This document shows, in pieces, positions 44,101 through 55,716 of a stretch of 64,000 nucleotides of DNA (the first letter of the stretch is position 1; the number at the start of each line of letters is the position of its first letter). Below the pieces are notes generated by a model. It saw only the letters and a list, made by a program, of their open reading frames with translations, did no database searches and had not been told where the DNA came from. Made by a program: the position numbers and the translations under genes. The stretch spans positions 19,344,001 through 19,408,000 of the forward strand of contig JBHGNT010000004.1 of the NCBI GenBank assembly GCA_043228905.1, read 5' to 3'. Source of the stretch: Azolla caroliniana. Taxonomy: Eukaryota; Plantae; Polypodiophyta.

Positions 44101-45802
44101 GAGGCGGCGGCAACCGGTGACCAGTCGGTGACGGAACCGGATCGGGATGCGACGACTAGCCGGTGACGGAACCAGCTAGGGATGCGGACCAAACAAGTGC
44201 AAATCAGATGGATCGGTTGATCGCGGTGCATGGTGTCTTAAAGATATTTGGTGTAATTACAAGACCAAAAGCCTAATAGTATTTTGTGCTTTAGAAAGGG
44301 ACGTATGCAAGACTTGAACATTGCACCTCCAAGTTGAGTCTATAGGCTTACCATTAAGCCAAATCATTTCTTTAGAGATATATTTTTTATCACTATACTT
44401 TTACATGTAATTCTCATACATGAGAGCTTAGATGATGACATGGCAAGCATGCATGTCTTGCACCCTCACATGCACCATATGCATGGGGGCATCTATAAAA
44501 GAGTGAGTGAATTTCGGAAGGGGGCTATGTATGAATCAAAAAATTAAGAGAAGAAAATTCGTTATCCAATTGATAATATATCTTGTTCTTCAAATCTAAA
44601 GTCAAGAGTTCAATCTTAATCTCTCTCAATCTAAAGTCAAGCATTCTATCTTATCTCAATCTCTCTCTCTCTTTCAATCTATGTTAAATACTTTCTCGCT
44701 AAAGCTAGTGCAAACTTCGAATCCTTCCGGTCCAGAACCCCGGCGGTTCCGCCTCACGATCCGCACATAGTGGCAGATCTTCACGACAACGTCAACACAG
44801 ATAAACCCTTTTCGATCACTCTATGGGCGTGACCCTTGGCTCCCACTAGAATCGTCCATTGACGTCCATTCCAAACCTGCCAACATGGATAGTGCCACTT
44901 GGGGGATCAATCTCCAACAAATGCTCCCCCTCCTTCGACAAGCCAACTCCCAAAACCTTCAAGTTGCACAACAACGCTAGAATCGACATTACGATGTGGG
45001 TCAAATTACCCCGAATTATGCTTATTGTCACGGACAAGTATAATAGAGCAGAGCGAAGAAAAGACTAGAAAACAAGAGAGAGGAAAAGAACAAGAACTTA
45101 ACTTATAGAATCCGTAACTGGTGTTGTTCACCTCGATTAGAATCAAGGTGCACTTGAGTATTTATACAAGAAGGTAGGGCTATGTAAGCCAATTAGAAAT
45201 AAGAGTATGCATGAGGATGCATGCAATAGAGAATGCATGAGAATGAGTGCAAGCTAGAAATGAGGATGCATGCAAGCTAGGAACTTCCAATTGTCATGAT
45301 ATGGAAAGACTCGAACCCATGACCTTATACTACATGGGTCGAGCTCTTGACCATTAGACTATACATTGTAATACATAGAATATTATTTTCATTCATGTTT
45401 TATTATAGAAAATTGATGTATATTCCAGATTTCTCTGGAACATTCTAGAAACTTCAGGAGTATTCCTTAGAACACTATAAAAGGAGGCACAAGGCATTAT
45501 TTCGAACCAAATCGGTTCAACGCCAGTCTTAAGCCTCCTAGCTACTGTACATTTTCTTCACATAATATATATCTTTTCTTATCATCACTCTCTCTCTCTC
45601 TCTCTCTCTCGATCTCTCTCTCCCTCCCTCTCACTCACTCTTTCCTCCTCTCGAGAGTTCTTCACCTCTCTTAGTACTAATACTTCTTTTAGTACTAATT
45701 CCTTCTCTGTCTTAGTACTGTTCTTGACAGTTTGAACCAATTTGCCTACCTTCTGTCTCTCTCATTTCCTACTAATCTCTTATTCCTCTTTTCTTTCATC
45801 CG

Positions 45803-48800
45803 ATGGCCACTGTTAGCGCTAAAGAATATCAATCTGTTTTCTCGGAATTTCAATGCTTGAAAGAGAAGTTCCATGCTTTGGAACAAGAAAACCAACGGTT
45901 GCTGGGGGATCTTCAACAAATCTCCTTAGAAAAGCAGCAAACGCAACAACAGCATGGGGAACTTGCGTTACGCGTGCAACAACTCGAAGCAACGATCGTA
46001 GCGATGGAACAACAAGGGCCTGGAACACAAGGGATTCATAAAGAACCCAAGATTGGCCTTCCCACGAAGTTTGATGGAACGCGATCGCAGTTTACAGGGT
46101 TCCTTAACCAGGTACGATTAGTTATTCAAATGCATCCTTCCCGGTATCCCACCGATGCATCACGAGTGGGTTTAGTAGGCACTTTGTTAAGTGGCTCAGC
46201 GTTGGCATGGTTCGCTCCACTATTAGAAAAGGAATCCCCGTAACTCAACAATTTTGAAGAGTTTCTAGGTGAGTTTAAAGCATGTTTCGGAGATACTGAC
46301 AGCATCAGGACCGCAATCAACAAAATTCGGCGATTACGCCAAGGTGATCGTCCAGCCTCCGCATATGCTGCAGATTTTCGCCTACTCGCCGCCGATATCC
46401 CTTGGGATGATCAAGCGTTGATGGAGCAATTCCGTTATGGTTTACGCAACGACATCAAGGATTTACTCTTGACCTTCCCCAAAGAGCCAAAGTCCTTAAC
46501 AGAAGCAATCAGTCGCGCGGTGAGATGTGACAACTGCCTCTTTGAGCGATGTTCAGAACGACAACTACAGATACCGAGGGCAAGATCAGAGCCCACCTAC
46601 GCCTCAGTGGTAGCAAGACCTTTTCCGAGGGAGTCATATAATGCGAATACTTCGACTCCGATGGAGATTGACACACACATCGTCGAGGGCCATTATCCGA
46701 AGAAGAAAAGCAGCGACGCCGTACAAATCGACTATGTCTTTACTGTGGTGGATCAGGACATATCGCAATAAATTGCCCCCATAGGCCAAGAAGACAGGTA
46801 AACCAAATAGTCACTAGTTCTAATTGTACTAAACCCGAGCCTATTTCAGTAGCGATATCTGATAGTCCTAATAGTACTAATAGCCCAGATCTAGCTAACA
46901 GATTTGATGTCCTTAGTCAGTTAGAAGAAGAGTTAAACGACTAAGTCCAGCCAAAATAGGAGCCGATTGGTTGGACAACCCTAGATCTGTGCAACCCATT
47001 AGTGGTTCCATTCCCTCTAAGCAAGTTAGTGATGTGTTCGTAGCCCAAGTAATAGTTAGTACTATAAGTACCCCTCCAGTACATGTCCTAACACTCCTAG
47101 ATTTCGGAGCTAACTCTTGCTTTATGGATCAGAAATTTGCTCAAGCTCATAAGATATCCCTAAGAAAACTCCAGTGTCCAGCCTCTGTAGTAGTCATTGA
47201 TGGACGTCCCATTGCTTCCGGAAATATCATAGAAGAGTTAGAGCCCATTAATATTGTCCTAGATAACTTAGCATGTGTAGTGTCATTTAATATTATTAGT
47301 ATCCCAGAACATCCCATAGTTTTAGGATTACCGTGGTTCGAGTTACATAACCCAGACATAGATTGGAGAACAAGAGAAATCCGGTGTCGACAAACCCAAG
47401 GGTCAACTCAGAAGATGGCAACCATTTCGCTACGTCAGTTGCGTAAAGAAGGGCACAAGGAGGAAATGTTCCTCTTTGCAATATCAGTAAATCCCTCCAG
47501 CACCACTAAAGAAGGATCCACCGTTCAACTTCCCGAGAAGTATCGTCATTACGCCGATGTGTTCGATAAAGTACAAGCCAACACACTTCCTCATCATCGA
47601 CCGTACGATTGCCCCATCGATTTACAACCGGGAAAAGAGCCGCCATGGGGACCAATCTACAATTTGTCACCAACCAAGTTGGAAGTCCTTCGGGCCTATA
47701 TAGAGGAGAATTTGGAAAATGGTTTCATCCGGCATTCGAAATCTCCAGCCGGCGCGCCCATTTTCTTCGTCAAGAAAAAGGATGGATCGCTTCGTCTTGT
47801 TGTAGATTACCGTGGCCTGAATAAGGTTACAATCAGGAATAGGTATGCTCTTCCCCTTATCTCAAGTCTTTTAGAACGGATCAATGGTGCCAGATTCTTC
47901 ACGAAGATCGACTTACGGGGGGAGCATATAACCTCGTACGGATCCGACCAGGAGACAAATGGAAGACTGCGTTTCGCACCAGATATGGGCACTTCGAGTA
48001 TACGGTCATGCCGTTCGGCCTCACTAATGCACCGACAGTCTTCCAACACATGGCTAATGATATATTCCGAGATCTATTGGATGATTGTTTGATCATCTAT
48101 TTGGATGATCTACTGGTTTATTCAAAGACCCAAGAAGAACATGATTCTCATGTACTATTAGTACTAAAACGACTTCGAGAACATGGTCTGTATGCAAAGC
48201 TGGAAAAATGTAGTTTCGGGTGCAACCAAGTGGAATTTCTTGGCTACATCATTTCGTCAGAAGGCATCTCCATGGACCCAGCTAAGGTCAAAACGGTGGT
48301 AGAATGGCAGACTCCACGTTCGGTGCGGGATGTGCAATGCTTCGTAGGCTTTGCCAATTTTTACCGGAAGTTCATACAAGATTACTCAAAGATCGTTCTA
48401 CCTCTCACACAACTTACCAGGAAGGGACAACCGTTCATTTGGTCTGAAGAAACGGACGTGGCTTTCGAGAGTCTTAAAAACGCATTTACATTGGCTCCAA
48501 TTCTAGCTCATGTCGATCTGGAAAAACCATTTATTATCGAAGTTGACGCATCGGATTTTGCATTGGGGAGCATTCTGTCACAACAGGGGAATGATGAGAA
48601 GCTACATCCTGTGGCTTTTCACTCACGCAAGTTTGACGCCGCCGAAATCAACTACGAAATTCATGATAAGGAGCTATTGGCAATAGTGGATTCTTTTAGG
48701 CAATGGAGGCATTTTCTGGAGGGATCCTCTCATCCGGTCACCGTATTTAGTGACCACAAGAACCTTGCCTACTTTCGGGATGCTCGTGTGTTGAATCAAC

Positions 48801-50492
48801 GTCAAGCTCGGTGGGCCCACTTCCTCACGCGTTTCGACTTCAAAATTACATATCGTCCGGGGAAGCACCAAGGGAAGGCAGATGCATTATCACGACGTTC
48901 GTATCTAGGACCTCGTCCTGGCGAGCCAGCTTTTGATAACCAAAAACAAGTCATCTTGGGACCGGCACGACTACAAGCAACAAAGATCTTTGACATGCCC
49001 ATGGATTCCCGCGTTATCGATACCATACGCGAAGACTTGAAGAAAGATGCGTTCGCCCAAGCTATACTAGCACAAATTGATCCCTCTGGAGCGTCGTGTT
49101 CACAGTCGCAACCACCAAGTACTGACTATCGGCAATTCAAATACCATGATGGATTACTCTTCTTTAAAGAACTTTTGTATGTTCCTAATGGTTCTTGCCG
49201 CCTTCAAGTAGTACAAAACTGTCATGACACATATACAACTGGGCATTTTGGTAGTACTAAAACACTACATTTAGTACCACGATCATTCTGGTGGCCCTGT
49301 ATGCGACAATTTGTCGAGGATTTTGTTCGGACTTTTGATACATGCTGTAGAGCGAAAATGCCAAGGCATCATCCATATGGTTTATTAGAACCATTACCAA
49401 TTCCAAGCAAGCCGTGGCAATCCATTGCTCTAGACTTCATCACAGATCTTCCAGTCTCTAAGGGGTTCAATGCGATTCTAACGGTGGTCGATCGATATAC
49501 GAAGATGGCTCATTTCTTGCCATGTACTAAGGAGATCTCCAGTGAAGACACTGCCGAAATTGTCATGCGTGAAGTATGTCGGCATCATGGACTTCCCGAT
49601 AGTATCATCAGCGACCGTGAACCCCAGTTCGTGTCAAAATTCTGGAAGCACCTTTTTAACATGCTCAAGGTCAGTTGTAACCTCTCCTCCGGCTACCACC
49701 CACAAACCGACGGCCAAGCCGAACGAACCAATCAAACGTTGGAGGAGTATCTACGGTGCTTTCTCAGCTATCATCAGGATGACTGGGCAGATATTCTCCA
49801 CTTCGCCGAATTTGCCTATAACAACTCTTATACAGGATGTCACCCCTGGTGGTGTGTACTTGAAACCCCAGAGGTGTCCACAAATCCTTGCGCAGAGGAT
49901 CGTTTGGAGAGGTTACACAAGATACAAGCGGATTTATCTACTCATCTCCAACAAGCTCAACAAACACACAAGGTTTATGCGGATCGTCATCGACTCCCAT
50001 CTAGTTTTAACATTGGAGATCGGGTATGGCTACTCCGATGACACATCAAGACGACTCACCCATGCGAGAAGTTGGATTATCGGCGATTAGGTCCTTTCCG
50101 TATTATCGGAAAGATTAATGATGTCGCTTTTCGTCTTGATCTACCTCCACAACTTCGGATACATTGTGTTTCATAGTTCTCTCCTTGAACTCTATCAAGA
50201 AAGCACCATCCCAAGACGTATTACACAGCCTCCACCCCCGATCAAGCTTGAAGATGGACCTGAGTACGAGGTTGCCGCCATCCTTGATTCCAAGCTTGTT
50301 CGCAACAAGCTCTACTATCTAGTCGACTGGCTAGGATATAGTCCCAGCGAGCATACTTGGGAACCGATAGAGAATCTCACCAATGCTCGTGCTCTTCTTG
50401 AAGACTTCCATCGTCAATATCCAGACAAACCGGGTCCTCAATCCAAAATGACTCGTTACACTCGTCGTTTTAAAAGGGGGATAGTGTCATGA
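45803..50492 (+). pseudogene. gag-pol: Element D gag and pol with several stops and frameshifts
   Basis: Gag MATVSAKEY..LPTKFDG; protease LLDFGA (mutated); YLDDLLV; integrase; chromodomain YEVAAILDS. Split across ORFs 45803, 46418, 46971, 48008 and 50118. Confidence 0.9.
46932..46984 (+). other. Predicted -1 ribosomal frameshift signal (also 17150-17202 on minus and 60613-60665)
   Basis: G_TTA_AAC, 6-nt spacer, stem GTCCAGCCAA/TTGGTTGGAC and second stem TAGG/CCTA. Pol is open in the -1 frame. Confidence 0.8.
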
Positions 50493-50499
50493 TATGGCA

Positions 50500-50554
50500 A
50501 GACTCGAACCCATGACCTTATGCTACATGGGTCGAGCTCTTGACCATTAGACCA
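50500..50554 (-). promoter_or_regulatory. tRNA-type Pol III internal promoter in the LTR U3 of the B/D/E family (also 20130-20184, 24639-24693, 45307-45361, 58979-59033)
   Basis: A box TGGTCTAATGG, 33 nt, then B box GGTTCGAGTCT. Spacing is identical to the tRNA-Arg gene in this window. Confidence 0.75.
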
Positions 50555-50943
50555 TACATTGTAATACGTAGAATATTATTTTCATGTATGTTTTATTATA
50601 GAAAATTGATGTATATTCCAGATTTCTCTGGAACATTCTAGAAACTTCAGGAGTATTCCTTAGAACACTATAAAAGGAGGCACAAGGCATTATTTCGAAC
50701 CAAATCGGTTCAACGCCAGTCTTAAGCCTCCTAACTACTGTACATTTTCTTCACATAATATATATCTTTTCTTATCATCACTCTCTCTCTTTTCTTATCA
50801 TCACTTCGACGAGTTTCGTGGGTGGGTTCTTTTGGTGTGCTCGTCCCGTGCTACAAAATGCCGATGTGATTGCGACACACACAAAACTCGGCTAAGTCTC
50901 GAACCCATTTATTTTACCTTCTTTTTTTCTTATTGACACCACA

Positions 50944-51756
50944 ATGACGTCTAGACGGACTAAGGAACTTAAGGATATACAAGACGAGGCTATAAGTAAG
51001 GAGGACTTTTTAGATATGTTTAATCGTTTAACAAAAATAGAGATGGATATGAAAAAATGGGTGAAAGACACCGAAACCTACAAGAAAAAAGATAGAGAGG
51101 AAAAAGACGCCCTCAAGGCCGAAATAGAACAACTTAAAGTAGAAAACATCGACCTTAAAAAACAACTTAAGGACATCGAGGTATCTCGAGAAGACGGTGA
51201 AATATCCTCTATAGAGGATATAAAGGACGAAATTAAAAAAGTTAAAGAGGAAGTTAATAATAACATAGAGTTAGCTAAAACGGGTTGGGTAGATGTGGTT
51301 AAAAGAAACATTAAAAAAGAAATAAAAGATGAAAATATTGTTAACACCACCCTTGAAGAAGAGAAAATGCGTCAGGCCCGACGCTTAAATGTACGTGTCA
51401 CTGGGCTCAAGGAAGGTGCATCCCCAAATGAGGACGCACAAACACTTGGGAAAATGTTAGGGTACACAGAGGCCCTACCTATCACCAAAGCATGGAGGGC
51501 CGGGCGTGACACAACTAGGAAGAGAGCCTTAGTCCTTCAATTTAAAGACTTAGACTCTAGAATCACTTTCTTTAAGAAGAGACCAATCCTTCGAGGAATG
51601 GATGGGGACCCCATCTATCTCGATGAAGACCTCACTAAGATGCAAATTGAGCATCGCAAGAGTTGTATGCCACGAGTTATGCAAGCTCGTAAAGAAGGCC
51701 ATCGCGCCTTTTACCGAGACGGGCGAGTGATCATAAATGATCCCACTACTAACTGA
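50944..51756 (+). CDS. LINE ORF1: coiled coil plus RRM-like nucleic-acid-binding protein
   Basis: 270 aa; coiled coil followed by RRLNVRVTGLKE...ALVLQF...IYLDEDLT. Confidence 0.85.
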   Translation: MTSRRTKELKDIQDEAISKEDFLDMFNRLTKIEMDMKKWVKDTETYKKKDREEKDALKAEIEQLKVENIDLKKQLKDIEVSREDGEISSIEDIKDEIKKVKEEVNNNIELAKTGWVDVVKRNIKKEIKDENIVNTTLEEEKMRQARRLNVRVTGLKEGASPNEDAQTLGKMLGYTEALPITKAWRAGRDTTRKRALVLQFKDLDSRITFFKKRPILRGMDGDPIYLDEDLTKMQIEHRKSCMPRVMQARKEGHRAFYRDGRVIINDPTTN

Positions 51757-51792
51757 CGGCGTGTGGCCCATGTGACAGAAAATGCACTTAGG

Positions 51793-54700
51793 ATGACCCT
51801 ATGGAATTGTAATGGCGCACTCTGGGCACACCCCGGCCGCCTAGAGGAGATACTAAAGGTATCTGATATACTCTTCTTGGTAGAAACACATCAGAGCCCA
51901 AATAGAGGACTCCCACGGGTCGAAGGATTCCGTTGGGAGTCCGCTTTTAGACAAACCTCACGTCGACACACTACTAGGGGATCTGGAGGTGTCGCGATAC
52001 TATTTCGTAGAGAGCTACATAATAGGATAGAAATAATGAAGATAGACCCAGAAGCTCGTTTTATGTGGGTGAAAGTCTCCACAAGCAAAGACCATGCAGT
52101 ATTTTTCGCCATTTGTTACTTTCCCCCAAAAGGATCCCGTTATAATATTAGTGGCTTGACGAGATTAGTCGATGAAGGAATGCCACATGGGCCTTCTCCA
52201 TACGAACCCCTATCGGATGACATAATCCGATATTCTTCCCAAGGAGAAGTATTTCTTGTAGGAGACTTCAATGCGAGAACCCAATCCCGACAATGCACAG
52301 TATTTCAGATGAATAGAAACCTAGAAATGGTAAATGTTGATCCTTTAGACATAGGCACCACACGTAGATCAAAGGATCAAGGTGCGGACGCCACGAGCTT
52401 TGGCCATCACCTGCTCGAACTTGGCAGTCGGCACCAGATGGTCATATATAATGGTTTAGCTAAGTGGCCGGGCTCGGAAGAGCTCACATGTTTCCCACAT
52501 GGAGGAGGGGAAAGCACAGTTGACTATCTAATAGGGCGCCCGACAGCTACCCACTTGATTAACTCCTTCCGAGTGGCCCCATGCCCTATTGGCGCAGACC
52601 ATAGCTTCTTATACTTCGAGCTAAAATGTGATATCTCTAAGGTCACCAAGTCTAGTCAACCATGCCATCACACCACAATACATTTCACACATGAGCTCTC
52701 TGACATATACTCTCAACATGTTCAGGCCCATCTCCCCTCTATTGATCCCTCTCTACCGTTAGAAAGCCTTAGTACAAAACTCACACACATCCTTCACTCC
52801 GCAGCAGCTAGCAGTTTCCCATATACAAAACACTCAAATCTAGGTAGATCAGGATCAATGCCACAAAATAAATGGTATGACGAGGATTGTAGGGACCTAC
52901 ATAGACAACTTACAGTATCGCAACTCAATGGTAGTATTACCTCCACACAAGCTCGCAAAGAAATGCGTAAGATGACACGTCGTAAGAGACGAGCGTGGGA
53001 GGCATCCCAATACTGGGAACTCTACCATATGCTCATGAGTAGCGATTGCGCCACGGCATGGAAGAGACTACGGGAGCCAAGACCACAAACACCCATCGAA
53101 GATCCCGAAACTTGGCACACATATACAGAGAGACTTTACCAAATCCCAAACCAACCACCTTTTCCAATGCCTTCCACACCCCGGCCTACCACGGGGACAC
53201 TTTTCACGACCTCTAGGGTCATGAAGGTCATAAAGAAATTACAACATAGGAAGTCCATGGACCACACAGGATTGCGAGCAGAACACATTATATATGCGAG
53301 AGAGTGCCTAGCTCCCTTGCTAACTCTAATCTTCAATCGTGCCCTTGCGGAGGGTTTTCCACCACAGTGGACTATGAATACAGTGACCCCCATACATAAA
53401 GGGGGGGACCCCATGGACCCAAATACATATAGGACCATTATGATAGGCCATACCCTTGCTAAGTTATATGGTGCAGTAATGGAAGCAGAGCTTAGCGACT
53501 ACATGGAGACCCTAAACCTTCGTGCACCTGAACAAGCTGGCTTTAGACGAGCCTTCTCCACTATTGATCACATCTTCACACTTAGATGCCTAATTGACCA
53601 AACTAGGGCTCGCAAGAAGAGATTATATTGTTGTTTTGTGGACTTCCGCAAAGCCTTTGACACAGTCCCTAGAGATCGGTTGTCTGATAGACTTAAAAGC
53701 TTGAGGATACCAGATGATATGGTATGGGCCATCTACGCACTATATGAACAAGTGTCCGGGTGTGTCCGATGCCCAGGTGGCCTATCCAATCGTTTCATTA
53801 GCACTATTGGTGTAAAACAAGGTTGCCCCCTATCACCGACGCTTTTTGGGATTTACATTGATGAGATCACAGATTTTATTGCTCGTGAAGGAGGCACCGG
53901 AGTGGTCCTTGGGGATACGCAGGTTCGTATCTTGCTCTATGCGGATGACATAGTTTTGCTCTCTGAATCCGAACACGACCTACAGAGGCACCTCAATGCC
54001 TTAGATGACTTTTGTGTACAACGAGGATTGGTAGTGAATCTAGGGAAAACGAAAGTCCTTATCTTCCACACATCGGCCCAAGTTAGAGCTAAGTGTCACC
54101 TAACTATCTCCCATAGCCCAGTCGAGGTGGTTGGATCGTACGTATATCTCGGAGTCACTTTTAGTGCCCGCTCAGGTAAATTTTCGATGACACAGGCAGC
54201 GAAGGATAGACTCACGAGAGGACATGCATCCCTCTCACTCCTAGAGAGACAATGCCACCAAGCACACTTTCAAGAGCCACGGACTAAAGGGTGGCTCTTT
54301 GACTCATTAGTGACCCCCTCCCTCATGTATGCATCTGCGGTTTGGGCTCCAGGATTACCATCCTTCATGTGGACGCAATTAGAGAGACCATTGGTGATGA
54401 TGCTATCACGCCAACTCCGAAGCAAATCGACTGTACCACATGACATTATTAGGGCCGAGTTCACGTTACCCCCAATGCTAGTAGAGGCACTTTTTCAACT
54501 TGTAGTCTTTATTGATAGGATACATAGCCAACCACATGATAGAATATCTCATCAAGCCTTTAAGGCCTCTCGATCATTGTATGAGTCCGGCTATACTAGC
54601 TCATGGTATGGCATGATGGTGACTTGGCTTCTTGCGAATGGTCTAGACATTAATAACCTACCTCCCCTTAGGTACAACCACACGAGTGATAACACCTTAA

Positions 54701-55494
54701 TCTCTCATGAGAACCGCAATAAAGTAATACGCCAAGAAATATGGCAAATTTACACTCGGTGTAAATGGATCACCCCACTAGAGCCACTCCCATCTAAAAT
54801 GTCGTACTATAAGAAACACTTCATGCACTTCTCTGAGTTAGGTTTTATCACACGGCCAAAATATCTAGATGTATTCTTACCACATGCACTAAGGGTTGCC
54901 ATTGGACAACTTAGAATATCATCTCACCAACTTGAGATTGAAAATGGCCGTACTAGTGGAGTCCCTAGGGAGGAAAGGATATGTAGGTTATGTCACATAG
55001 AGATAGAGGATGAGTACCACTTTACTTGCAAGTGTCCAACCTATGCCGAGATAAGGGCAAAATACCAAGACATACTTGGTCCGTCTCCCACCCTCCCCAA
55101 ACTATTAGATACTCTAGATATAAAGAAATTAGGCAAATACATTCTAGAACTAAAACAACACAGAGAGAATAAATTACAAAATGTTGACAATAATGCTGCT
55201 AATGATCACGAACATGTAACAAATGCAGTTTTTCAGGAACCTGAGGAGACAACGAATGCCGACACACTTGCACCACTCGGCCTTTCCATTGATGAGGCAG
55301 AAAACCAGAGAAGAACCAGACGTCCTCGGGTGCCGGGTTTCAAAACAACTCAACGTGATGTGGACGCAATATTGAAAATAAGGGAACGTGAGCTACACCG
55401 CCTAGAAGCCATGGCTAGGGCACTCTCTACATTGGAACCCACATCAAGACCCTTTGACCCCCCACTTCTTTTCGAGAGGCTTGGGTGGAAATAA
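51793..55494 (+). CDS. LINE ORF2: AP endonuclease, reverse transcriptase and CCHC zinc finger
   Basis: WNCNG, LVETH, GDFNA, STVDY and ADH (APE); EQAGFR, FVDFRKAFD, GVKQGCPLSP and LYADD (RT); CRLC..EDEYHFTCKC. First ATG at 51793; the frame is open from 51757. Confidence 0.95.
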   Translation: MTLWNCNGALWAHPGRLEEILKVSDILFLVETHQSPNRGLPRVEGFRWESAFRQTSRRHTTRGSGGVAILFRRELHNRIEIMKIDPEARFMWVKVSTSKDHAVFFAICYFPPKGSRYNISGLTRLVDEGMPHGPSPYEPLSDDIIRYSSQGEVFLVGDFNARTQSRQCTVFQMNRNLEMVNVDPLDIGTTRRSKDQGADATSFGHHLLELGSRHQMVIYNGLAKWPGSEELTCFPHGGGESTVDYLIGRPTATHLINSFRVAPCPIGADHSFLYFELKCDISKVTKSSQPCHHTTIHFTHELSDIYSQHVQAHLPSIDPSLPLESLSTKLTHILHSAAASSFPYTKHSNLGRSGSMPQNKWYDEDCRDLHRQLTVSQLNGSITSTQARKEMRKMTRRKRRAWEASQYWELYHMLMSSDCATAWKRLREPRPQTPIEDPETWHTYTERLYQIPNQPPFPMPSTPRPTTGTLFTTSRVMKVIKKLQHRKSMDHTGLRAEHIIYARECLAPLLTLIFNRALAEGFPPQWTMNTVTPIHKGGDPMDPNTYRTIMIGHTLAKLYGAVMEAELSDYMETLNLRAPEQAGFRRAFSTIDHIFTLRCLIDQTRARKKRLYCCFVDFRKAFDTVPRDRLSDRLKSLRIPDDMVWAIYALYEQVSGCVRCPGGLSNRFISTIGVKQGCPLSPTLFGIYIDEITDFIAREGGTGVVLGDTQVRILLYADDIVLLSESEHDLQRHLNALDDFCVQRGLVVNLGKTKVLIFHTSAQVRAKCHLTISHSPVEVVGSYVYLGVTFSARSGKFSMTQAAKDRLTRGHASLSLLERQCHQAHFQEPRTKGWLFDSLVTPSLMYASAVWAPGLPSFMWTQLERPLVMMLSRQLRSKSTVPHDIIRAEFTLPPMLVEALFQLVVFIDRIHSQPHDRISHQAFKASRSLYESGYTSSWYGMMVTWLLANGLDINNLPPLRYNHTSDNTLISHENRNKVIRQEIWQIYTRCKWITPLEPLPSKMSYYKKHFMHFSELGFITRPKYLDVFLPHALRVAIGQLRISSHQLEIENGRTSGVPREERICRLCHIEIEDEYHFTCKCPTYAEIRAKYQDILGPSPTLPKLLDTLDIKKLGKYILELKQHRENKLQNVDNNAANDHEHVTNAVFQEPEETTNADTLAPLGLSIDEAENQRRTRRPRVPGFKTTQRDVDAILKIRERELHRLEAMARALSTLEPTSRPFDPPLLFERLGWK

Positions 55495-55679
55495 AATTAG
55501 GCTTAGTGTATAGTCACTTTCGAGTATACTACATATTGTACACTACTAGAACTCTTTTAGTTTAAGTTCTATTTTTTTTACTTAATTTTATTTTTAGTTA
55601 TGATGACTGGATAAATACTCTATTGTTGTAAACCAATTGTCTCATGGGCCAAATTTGGCCTTAGAAGACGTTAATACAC

Positions 55680-55716
<37 letters not shown>

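Larger units (their letters stand above)
26230..44788. mobile_element. Element F: LTR-like element (26230-26250 plus 41506-44788) interrupted by element C and containing an antisense pol fragment
   Basis: TIRs TGTCATGAAGAT / ATCTTCACGACA. 4-bp TSD GCGT/ACGT; removing the element restores host integrase QAST. Plus-strand TATA at ~44494. Confidence 0.7.
10348..45025 (+). mobile_element. Old degenerate Ty3/gypsy host retrotransposon split by nested insertions. Pieces at ~10348-11851, 12677-13088, 18903-19565, 25053-26229 and 44789-45025; the 3' end probably lies beyond the window.
   Basis: LTR end ...TTTCACA at 10537 followed by a PBS. Gag remnant with PPP..MDID and a degenerate zinc knuckle, protease ILLDSGS (~11560), RT YFTSLDLASGYWQ and YLDNILI, RNase H FTLQIDAS..ERNYSTTEK, integrase remnants (QAST..PF..LYGR). 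Frames rejoin across the TSDs. Left boundary approximate. Confidence 0.75.
50806..55704 (+). mobile_element. Full-length non-LTR retrotransposon (RTEX-like LINE) with a (TTTC)6 tail
   Basis: Two intact ORFs and a 3' microsatellite tail at 55681-55704. Inserted in the CT-rich tract of the D 3' LTR. Clade assignment is inferred from the microsatellite tail plus SSHQLEIENGR and a CCHC finger. Confidence 0.9.
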
